Positions 36,966 through 48,284 of a DNA stretch of 64,000 nt are shown here, one piece after another. Under the pieces are notes generated by a model. The model worked only from the letters and a program-made list of their open reading frames with translations, did no database searches and was not told the DNA's origin. Position 1 is the stretch's first letter; every line of letters starts with the position of its first letter. A program made the translations under genes and the position numbers. The stretch is taken from assembly GCA_048013815.1 (NCBI GenBank), contig CM106586.1:12214001-12278000 (forward strand), read 5' to 3'. The stretch comes from Setoptus koraiensis (Eukaryota > Animalia > Arthropoda).

Positions 36966-37552
36966 CCTATCATTCGTGATTTCGTGCAATAGTCATTTTT
37001 TGTTGACAAGTTCGCAGGCACTACAAAAAACGACCTCGGTGCGTGCCGTGTCACATTGAGTGCAGAATGGTCTAGCGAGGCTAAAAAATGTTGTTTCAGT
37101 CTGGCAAAAATGTAAATAAATACTTCAGCTAGTTCTCTTCTGATCTACACCAACCCATCCTGTGTTTTTGCAAGATCTATCAAAATCAGTAAAATCAGCG
37201 CGATTCTGCGGTCAGTAATATTCTTTGCTTAGAGACACGAGTTTTATGCTTGAAAAATATTCAATTAGTTGCTATTGAATCAGTCTAACTAAACAACAAT
37301 TCCACTCTTCAGTTAGTTTGAAATTGACATGCGTTACAGAAAACTTAAGATAAAATACAAAAGATACATAAAATTACGCAGTGGCTAGTATATTGTAGAT
37401 CGGTAAATTGACCATTCGCCGTGGATGTCAGGAAGAATAAAGCTCAAAATAATTATATAATATTGTTTTGATATAATAAAACAACACAAAACGCAAAATG
37501 AAATAACCATCGTTCTAGTTCTAGAGTTTAATTGCAGATCACAAACAAAGAG

Positions 37553-39759
37553 ATGGATTCAATAAAATTTAGTGTGTTTCAAGGTATGATATTCATTTGT
37601 GCAGTGATCAACAGCTCAGTGAATCTTCTACCCGATGATGAGGAAGTAGAACATCAGCCTGACGCCCAAAACACGCCAATACCAATCAAGAGAAGACCAA
37701 TAGATAGAATTTTAGGTAGGGTTATGTTATTTTTGAAGGTCAGACGACAAAGGCCAATATATTTGATTTGGCCGTTATTTGATTTCGTCTTTGGATTCTA
37801 CCTATTACTCAATTCAGTGGTTTACGGTTTCTGCAACCGAAGTGTAATTTTAAGATTGGAAGAACTATTTTCGATATCAGACATGTTTATCGTCTATAGA
37901 ATATCGCCCCTGATGAACAAGGTTTTTACCTTTCTCTTGATTCAGACTTACTGGATTCGCATAAGAAACCTGAGAATGAGTTTGAGTAAAAATTATCGTT
38001 ACAACAGTTATGATAGGACAATGACCTATTTTGCTTGTCTAAAATTGACTCTGCGAGGCTGGCTCTACATTATAGGTCTGACTGATGCAGTTCGAAGCAA
38101 AGATAAATTAAACTGCAGGAATGCTCAAGACGACATATGTACGGTTGTCGTGCCGAATTCTGAAAAATCTAATTTGTCAGACGAACGAGCCGGTGAGCCA
38201 ATCAAAATCAGACATATAAGTGAATTTCTCGCTCCAAATTACATACAATCCTTTAATATTTACAAGCATATCATTCGTGGAACGGTCAGAACGGACATAG
38301 CTAGACGATTGACAAATAGATCGTGCAAAAAATCTCTTAGGGAAAGGCTATTCGATTTTGAAGATGAATATCGGGAGATCAATTACCAGCTGAAATTTCC
38401 CAAAAAACTTGCAGCCGATGGCTGCTTTCACCTGTTGGATATGGCGACATTGAGATTTGTAATTGTAGCTCTCATCGTCTGCGTTTTTATTATAATATTT
38501 TTCTGTTTCGGAGCAGTCCATTCTTCAATATTAATCGAGCTCATCAACAGCGACCATTCTAAAAGTGTGTTCTGTCAGCAACGTTTCTATGTATATTTAT
38601 TATTGTACTTCGGCACAATCACTTGTGCATTACAGGTGGCGGAGTATGGAGGCTTCCTTCTTGTTTGTATTGTCTGCTACAATAAAATGAAACACACTGT
38701 AAAATTTGGCTTGCAGGTAACTCAACTCTACAAGCATCGTTACTATCAAAACCAGATGAGAAACACTTCCAAGTGGCCGAAAACAAGCGAAGTAAAATTC
38801 ACAATACAACACTGCTCCAATTTATCTATGAGACCAGATATTTTTTGTAAAGATGCAGCTGGAAGCAAAGAGATACACAAAAGATGGCAAATTGGGAAAT
38901 TCAATCGGCAGAATGTCAACACTGCACTGGCTGAGGACGAAACAGATTCAGCTTCCATATGCATCGATAAACTCATCAGAATGATAATGGACATGCGATT
39001 GGAGTTGGATGAATGGAAACGATATTCTACGGTCTACCTTCATCTGGATCTCGCCCTAAAAATGCCAGCCATCATGATAAATATTGCCACGATTATCAAA
39101 ACGCCGGACTTGGACTCACTGCATATAGAGCTGATACTTTTTTACTCGGGGATTCTCTGGGTTCCCATAGTATTAACCTGTTTCAATGTGGCTCTCATCA
39201 ATAGTAAGGTAAAAATTGTGATGCATTTTAAATTTTGACCGTTCTTCCACTTCAATCATCATTTCAAATCGTATATTTGCAATTGATTGCGATGATATGG
39301 TATATCTTCCGATAGTTCCCGCTCATCGGGATAGTCACCATCTAGTCAGTTCTATTTTATCTTTTCTGTGACCCTTTTCTTCCATCACTACTTTCTTCTC
39401 TCTTTCATTCTGCACTATGTGTGTGTCTAGTTCAAAGAAGTCTGTCATATCCTAGAGAATCTAGTCCTTTATCAAACGCTCGAGAAAGGAAGCAGATGGA
39501 AATCAAGACGATTGATGTGCCTTTTGGACGATTTAAGTGATACCAACAATGTTGCCTTCGTCATTGCCAATATATACCCAGTGACTATGGGAAACTTGCC
39601 AATGGTAGGTAAATGTACGCAATGAATATGGATTGATTATCTGACAATCATTTTAGCTGACTTTCATCTTCTTTCATCGTCAACAATCATAAATTACGCA
39701 CGCAGTTACTTGGATCAATAATATCAGGCATAATATTATTACTGCAATTTGTATTGTGA
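37553..39759 (+). CDS. Gustatory-receptor-like 7TM protein, copy 4, 3 exons (37553-39208, 39431-39604, 39706-39759), 627 aa
   Basis: Same motifs and intron positions as the other copies. Last exon LLGSIISGIILLLQFVL. Confidence 0.85.
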
Positions 39760-40494
39760 ATCGTTGGGATTGAATGTACTGTCCAGGCACCCAGCACCAA
39801 TTAGCTTTCCAGGAGTATGAACATCGCAGAGATGAGACCGCACTCAAATTGCTGAGCACATCCCACATAATGATTGAAAAATTGCATCAGCTTAAGATCA
39901 CCTCGTGTAATGCCTGTGGACAGCAGAATGCGACATCCAACAGTGAATCGTTGACTCGTTTGTTAGCCAGTGATTTTGAACATGACTGCTGCGGGTGTGT
40001 TTTTCCCTGGAGAATCTCTCAGTGACCGATGGCGATGACGTGAATAAGTTTTATATTGTATTTCTGAACATGTATAACTGCGATTTGTATCCTCGAACTT
40101 CTATGAAGCAAACTGACAACAGTAGACACAGCTCGACGGAAATGAAAATGTCAAAAATATTCATCATTTGATCCATAGTAATGCAAAGGGATATGAATCT
40201 AGATCAGAAAGTTGTACATTCGTACATTTGCAGGGTTACTTCATACTGTATACACATCTCAATAATAGTGCAGCCTAGCGTTGTCAATTAGGTGTCTCAG
40301 TTTGGAGCTTGATTTGCCGTCATGTTTTCATGGTGTATCTATAGGGTATCCCATAATTCCTTAGCTTTAGTTGCTTTTATTTGTTCGATTTCGAAGGAAT
40401 CTTTTCTTGCATCCATTTCTGTGCTGTTCGTAATTAAACGAACTTTCGGGCGTCAATCTCTCCATGTCGTTGCAATACCTAAATTTTTCTGACA

Positions 40495-40770
40495 ATGGGG
40501 CGCTCTAATTATCGACACATAACCCCTCCAAGAGTGGCAAAAAAACAGTTGAGATGAACTATTACTTCAAATAAGTCTATCGTGATAAGAAGCAGAGCTA
40601 TTCGACAGTCAAACGCTGGTATGCACATTTTAAATTTCAGATTGGAAGATGAGCCCAACACTGGGCCCGAACCAGTGATATCGTCCTCTGATTGAAAATA
40701 TCGAGAAAATGGTTAGAGGGGATAGAAAGGTAAGTGTTCGATCTATTGCATCCGAATCAACGGTGTATAT
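40495..40770 (+). mobile_element. Degenerate mariner/Tc1 transposase fragment (N-terminal HTH region)
   Basis: Frameshifted pieces VYRDKKQSYSTVKRWYAHFK / LEDEPNTG / IENIEKMVRGDRKVSVRSIASE match the mariner HTH pattern (VYG...LS..TV.RW...FK...LEDEPRSGRP...DRR.T.R.IA). Stops and frameshifts present. Confidence 0.75.
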
Positions 40771-42288
40771 TTTCGGATTGTTTTTGAAGAATTTCCCCTA
40801 GAGACTAGAGATCTATTTTGGAACGAGTTTTTGGAGTCGTCCTATTTTCGCAATTTTTCGGCTACTCTTTTAAGCTCACCAACGATTCCTTGTCTTCGAT
40901 GGTCTCTCAATCTTCTTCCCAGTCGAGTCACTGATATTGTTGAAAACTGATGAGTCGGAAATTTCCGGTTTTTGAGCTTTCCATAATGAGCTTTGACTGA
41001 TGCTCTGTAATAATCAGAATTACATTTTTCTCCAATTAGAAAGCTTGTCAATCAATCTATCATTCATCTATAAACAAAGTCAAAGAAAACTGCCAAAAAA
41101 CACGTGTGATCTATAATTACATGCACAATTTGGAGCTAGGACTTTCTTTCTATCATTTTATTATCCTAAATAGATCAGAGAAAACTCAACCTAATCGAAC
41201 CCTATTTTGGACAAAATAAGGTGTAAAAAATCTAAGTCTCCAACGATTGTAGGAGCGGAGATACTCACTGGGTAAACTGTTCTTGTCAACACTGTGGAAC
41301 TAGCGACTTTCTCACATCTTGCCGAAGCGCATCAACAAATCTGTGTCGGATTGCTGAGGCGCTTCGGAACAATTCGTCAAGCGGCCTTGTAGACTAATAT
41401 CATTTTATCATTCAATGTTGTGATTCTCGATGTTTATTGATGTCGCTCACTGATACGATTTCTGAGAGCTGGCCAATCATGTTATTGATTCATCTTTACG
41501 CACGACATCTTCTGACAATAGGCTAATGACTGATCGAAACTAGTTGATGGGTATATCAAACCTGTCATACAAAGCTTATTGATAAGAAAAGCTTTGAGTT
41601 TTGTAATCTTTCCTTATGCTGCGACTTAAACAACAGAAAAGTTTTTTGATAGCAAGATATTTTCGTGTGGGCCTCGCTTTAGAGAACTTAGAATTGAGTG
41701 TGCGTGCATTCATTTAAATCACTTTATTCAGAGTCAGATCAAAGTAAATAGCCAAATTTATTATATCTAATAAACTTGATTATCTAGTTAATGATATTTT
41801 GAATATCAGTCTAATCTTCATACAGATGAAAGAAAAAGATGAAAAAAAAAATTTGTGTTCGAGCCCGACGAGTGTTTATCCACCTAATCCGCGTGAGACG
41901 TTCAGATTGGATATAATGTCTCGATGAATTAAATAACTTACCGTCTACGAAGAGAAACCAATAAACTCAACTTCGTGACACTACTATTTATTCCGTCGTA
42001 GTTTTATTCCATCATCTATCATTATATACCCACACTATAGTTAATTGAAAGGCGCATGTTCGAATGGTTCAGCTAAATCCATGCTGCTAGGATCAATTAT
42101 CCGACACGAGTTAGTTGCCGAGTTTACTGTAAATATGGGTAATAATTTACATATATTATATGTGTGATGGCGCTAGAAAAATCTTGAGGTAACAGACGAT
42201 ATAAGATTGCGATGTAGTTGTCTGATGGCGAATATCAAGATACAAGTGCGTTGAAATTCGTCGTTTTCATATCGTGAGCAAACTAAAG

Positions 42289-44436
42289 ATGGATTCAATC
42301 AAATTCAACATGTTGCATCTCCTAGTTTCCCTATGCACAGGCATCAATGGTTCAGTAAATCTTTTGTCCAACAGCGACGGCGACGAAGAAGAAAACACGA
42401 AGCGACAGGCGAACGCTGAAACCAAGCAAGACCCATTGAAGATCACACTGATTAACAGAATAAAAACCCATATAGATCTATTTCTCACAATTCGACACCG
42501 GAAACATGTATTTTTAGCATGGATATGCCTTGATTTCATCTTGGCATCTTATCTCTTATTGAATTCAATCATATACGGATTTTGTTGTGCGAGAACCATT
42601 TCAATTTTCGAACAGAAGAATATTGTAGTTAGTCTGTTCAAGTATTACAAATATTCTCGTGAGGCTAACAGAATGATCACAATTATCTTGATAGAGACCT
42701 ATATTATTCGGTTCATAAACATAAGTAGAAATATGAATCGCAATGATCGCCTCAAGCACTTCGACCGAATCGACGAGACAATGACATACATTTCTTGTCT
42801 CAGATTGACTCCTAGAGAGTGGCTTTATGTCATGGGTTTAACTGATACAGTTCGATGTTGTGACAAATCAAAACGTGACTACACTTGCAAGGCTCATCAA
42901 TCTAGGTGCGAATTCAGAGTTCCGAATTCGGATTTGAAGAAGAACGAAGCGTCGAGAGGGAACATGGTCGATCGTCATCATATTGACTTTACTGAAGCTA
43001 AACAAAGTAGTCATGTGCGTTCAAAAAGAGATCATAACAATAAATGCAAGCCATGCGGAAAGACGTCAGAAGAGTCGAACTCTATGAACCTCTTCGATTT
43101 TGAGGAAGATTTTCGAGAAATCAATTATCAGCTGAAATTTCCAAAACAATTCCTTAAGAAAGACACCTGTCACATTTTAGATATGACGACTCTAAGAATT
43201 TTCTGCTACCTATATTTGACCGCTATTGTTTTAGCAACAGTTTGCTCAATCGGGCTGGTACGAGCTTCTCTAATAATTGAATTATATCACTGTAATTACT
43301 CATTTGTTATATTCTTCAAACAGGGTCTTCTCGAGTACTCGTTGCTGGCCGTAGCTGTTGTCATCTGCGGCTTTTATCTGGCCGATGTTGGTCAATTTCT
43401 TCTTCATTGTCTCGTGTGTCATAACAAGGCAAAACACACAGTGATTTTTGCTTCAAAGCTTGTTAAAATTTTCTGGTTCCATAGGAAGCGATCAGAAAAC
43501 ATTTCTGCTGAAGCGTATACTTTTTCGAGACGAAAGAACACCAACAATTGTCATCTGACACAACTGGAAATCATTTGCGCTATCACTAACAGAAACGAGA
43601 TTCACAGAGAAGTTCAGAATGAGGTCCCTGATTGCCCTGACATATATATAATCAGCGACATATACAGTGCTGATCTTTCTAAGGATATCGATCGACTAAT
43701 AGCAATGATTATGGAATTACGTTCGGACTTCACCAAATTGAAACGATGCTACAGGGTATATCTAAATTTGGAACTTTTTTGTAAAATGCCTTGCGTTATA
43801 TTAACTATTGCTACATTCATGACGATGCCCGACATGGATGATCTACAATTTCAAGCTGTAATTTTTTTTTCATTGAGCTTTTGGTTCCCTATAACAGTGG
43901 TCAGTTGCAAATTAGCTCTTCTCCATAACAAGGTAAAAATCATATAAGATTCGGGCGCCATTCATCATCCTCAGTAGTGTATCTTGCGTGCGCATTGGTT
44001 GATGTCTTTTTGAATGTTCACTGTATGTGTTCAATTGGCGCACACAAATTGAAAAACTTATTCAGCTCGACTAATTGCCTCCAAACTCCTCCACTACGTT
44101 TTATTTAATGTTTTTCATATAAAGTTCGAAGAAATATACTATATCCTACAAAATTTGATGATCCATAATACACTCATGAGCAGCTGGAGCTTGCAACGAT
44201 TGTTGTCTGTAGCGGAAGATTTAGAGGATCCCGAAAATGTTGCCTTCTTCATCGCCAATATGTATCCAGTGACACTCGCCAACTTGCCAATGGTGAGTCT
44301 ACTGGTGGAATTTATTCAACTTCCTTCTTCATGCATTATCTCTTCATATCGTATTTCTTTTCATTTCAAATATTACATATAGATAATTGGATGGATTGCG
44401 TCCGGTATAATCCTATTAGTACAATTCGTAGCCTGA
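42289..44436 (+). CDS. Gustatory-receptor-like 7TM protein, copy 5, 3 exons (42289-43932, 44125-44292, 44383-44436), 621 aa
   Basis: Shared family motifs, with phase-0 introns HNK/FEE and LPM/IIG. Last exon IIGWIASGIILLVQFVA. Confidence 0.85.
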
Positions 44437-45829
44437 TATTGTGTGAAAAAAAAAATCTATAATAAAATAAAAATTGCAATCATTTCCGCCGGATTCCTCA
44501 ATAGATCCCAAGAGGCTCCTTGAAGTGAAAATCACTTATACACTGATTTCAAGACGAAGGATAATTTGTTTTTATCATTATGTTAGTGATTATTATAACA
44601 TCATAATTTGTTGAATGGGTTCCAAGTTTTGATTTTTTCTCTCTTGACCCAGTGTTATGGAATTCTCGCGATGTTACCCCGTCACTACAGCGTACACTGT
44701 GAGGAATCGGATCGTAATGGATGTGTGGAGTGTTTGCGTTCCGGGAAAGTTGCACTATGTTGAAATTTTATACATGAAAAGAGAACGAAAGATAGAAAAA
44801 AGATGTCAAGAACTTCCGAAAAGTCAGTCCAGGAATAACCAATAATTTGGGAGGCTCCAGATCGTTCATGAAATTCATGAAGTTCAGGGAAAAATGGTAT
44901 GGATTGGCCGCAAAGTAGAGGCAACATTTCTAGATTCCACCAAAAGATTTCTCCCAGGTTCGGAGCTCCGCACGAATGATAATCAAAGTGTCTGAGTTAA
45001 AAATTATGTCTACACAACACTCACGCAATCGATATTTAATGAAGCTGCTAAAACTGAAATTTTCTATATTCGAGTAGTAAATTGTTCATGCTCGAGATCA
45101 GACCAATTAAACTGCATAGTGCAAATATGGGTTCGCGTGGATAATTTTGAATTAAGTTCCTATCATTCTTCGTTTATTACATTTGTGGATGTTCATTGAA
45201 AGATGATATTGTGTAGTAGAACTAGCGTGCTCAGCGAATTAATCAAGATATAAGCAAAAATGAGCTTATCATAGACTTCTTTCTATATCAACCACCCCAG
45301 ACATGTGAATATCCACTGTCTGAGATGGATAAGATAATGGGATGAGATAATAGCCATACCTCATGTTTCGAACAAATCTATCTTCCACTTGCAAACATTG
45401 GAAATTCTGAGTTTCGAGATTTCATCTACTCTAAGGTTGCAACAATCTTGGGTTAATGATGGCTGAGTGCTCAAATGGTATAAAAATACAGCTATTGGCC
45501 ATTTTACTTACAACCGAATGCGATGCAGGGTATAAAATAGAATGAATTGTTTCAAATCATGCAACAACCATGAATTTATAAAACAGTTGGCGATCGAAAT
45601 CGATATTGAATATAGCTAAATCAAGTTGAAGAAAAACACGGAACACGAATGCTCATCGCTGGAGAAACTAATTTTGTGTCCACTGAATGTCTCTAACGCA
45701 ACAATCAATATCGGATAAAAACAACAGACGATATAAAGCAACGAAAAGTTTCAAATATAGGATATTGAAACTTATTTTTGTATAAATATCTCCAGTTGTC
45801 ACAATTGATTACTAACAGGGAACTCCAAG

Positions 45830-47834
45830 ATGAATTCATTCAGGTTCAATATATTTGACCCCTTAATTTTTATGTGTTCATTCCTCAATAGTTCGGTGAA
45901 TATTTTAGGTGATGAAATCGACGACGAAAAACCAAGTGCAACTAATTGGCCGAACGGAACGAAGAAAAACCTCATATTTAGATTTAAAGATCGATTGGAG
46001 TTATTCCTTAAAGTCAGACAACAGAATGCCTTGTACCTACTATGGGTGATATGCGATTTCACGTCCGGATTATATTTTTTATTCAATTCTATAGTTTATG
46101 GCTTTTGTACGGATAGTGTTATCATGAGATTTGAAGAACGAAATTTGCTAATTAACATATTTGTTTGCTATGCGTACTCACGGACGATCAATAGAATTTT
46201 AACTATACTCTTGATTGAGAATTTCATCATACGTACTGGAAATATAAGAAGGAGTATAATACATCATCGTCGCCAATCGCATAGCGATAGAATTCACGAA
46301 ACTATGACTTATTTATCCTGTTTCAAATTAACTTTGAGAGAATGGCTTTATGTTATGGGTTTCACTGATGCAGTTCGCAACAGAGATCAGTCACAAATCA
46401 TGATTAAACAGAATCCAAGGAAGTGCGAAACGCCCGAAGAATTTTTCATCTGCCAACTTGAGTCTTGTACTATATGCAACGCTTGCAGGGAAATTGCAAA
46501 TCTATGCGATCGTGATTCTCATGGCGAGAATTCTAAGGAGAAAACGTTTGATTTCGACAACGATTTCCGCGAGATCAGTGACAAGCTGAGATTTCCGAAA
46601 AGACTCATCAGGAATGGCACCACTCACATATTAGATATGAAGACATTGAGATTGCTATGCGCCATATGTTTAATCTGTATAATCATCGCAACTATTGCCG
46701 GAATGGCCTTGGTACGGGCAGCTATAGTAACTGAATGTTATCGTTGCAATCATCCAAAGAGCTTTAAGATGCGTCTGTTTTATTTGTCATTGAAGGTAAT
46801 CATTCTCACCAATTGTGGAATTGTTCTAGCGGACATAGCAAGATACGTCATCGATTGTGTCATCCATCAAAACAAGGCTGGATATATAGTGACTTCCGCC
46901 TCGAAATTATCTCGACTGCTTCTGCGTCACAGGAAACAAACAACCGAGAAAGGATTTAAAAAGAAGGGAAACATAAAATTGCCAAACGAATTACTACTGA
47001 CTGAGCTATATCCTCGCCATACATCAGATAGAAAAAATCTGTCAGATTTACATAAGGATACAGACCGAGTAATCAGGATGATAATGGTATTGCGTTCAGA
47101 TCTGGACCAATTCAAGGAATACTTTACTATCTATTTGAACTTAGAACTTGTCTGCAAAATGCCATTTCTCATGTTAGTCATTGCCACGCTCATGGGAATG
47201 CCGGATTTAGATGGCGTGCAAATTCAGTTTGTATCCTTCTTTTTGTGTAATTTCTGGTTTCCCATATTCCTACTTAGTTGCAGTGCAGCCGTTATCAATA
47301 GCAAGGTAATAATCAGTATAGCTGTGTCTCTAGATCGAACATAAACTCTTTGCTATCTATCCAATACTAGACTAAGACCAAGTAGTGTATGGGGATATCC
47401 CAAATGTTGTATGAACGCCGACGAATTTTCGCTAAACGAATTCCAACTAACTGTTCTAATAAATTCTTCCACTGCACTACTGTTCCAAGAATAGTTCAAA
47501 GAAATCTATCATACTCTCCAGACAATAATGATCCACCAACCACTCATGAGTGACGAGCTCATGGAACAATTATTAGAAGTGTCGGAGGATTTGAGCGATA
47601 CTAGTAATATTTCTTTTATGATTGCTAATATGTATCCATTGACAACGGGCAATCTGCAAAAGGTAAGTTGATTACTGCCCTAGATTGTTACCAAGAATTA
47701 CAATCACTATCATCAGTCAGTCTAGTATCTCAGCTCAACTTATCTCACCTTTTTTAATTCCTATATTATACTGTCTGCAGTTTTTCGGTTGGGTTGCAAG
47801 CGGCGTGACAATAGCGTTACAATTTCTGACTTGA
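45830..47834 (+). CDS. Gustatory-receptor-like 7TM protein, copy 6, 3 exons (45830-47305, 47495-47662, 47781-47834), 565 aa
   Basis: Shared family motifs, with phase-0 introns NSK/FKE and LQK/FFG. Last exon FFGWVASGVTIALQFLT. Confidence 0.85.
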
Positions 47835-48284
47835 AATTTCGAAAAATTGCGAGGATACGTTCGTAACTTTGATGTGACCTTCAATCATATCTGCTAGCTT
47901 CACTCGATCCTTCATGGCAAAAACAAAACCCGTTTCTCTTGCAAAAAAAAACGGTTGAATATCTTTTTTTCATGTAACGAGAAAGTTAAACTAATTTACC
48001 ATATCATTTCGACGACATTGCGCCATAAATCACAACTTCATGAAGTAGCTGGCCCCACCCAAAGATGGCGGCACAAGTAATCACTATTGAACAACTGTAA
48101 AAGAATTTTAATGTTATTACCGGTACATTATTGATAGTACAAGAGCTTGCGTCATGTTCAACATTGCAATTCAATTGCGTTAATTTTCTAATCGTCTTAC
48201 GAGTCGAATTGCAAATTGTTTGGTTGCTAGCGACAATTGTTGACGCTATGAATGGGCGATGTATGATGTATCACGAATCGAAGC

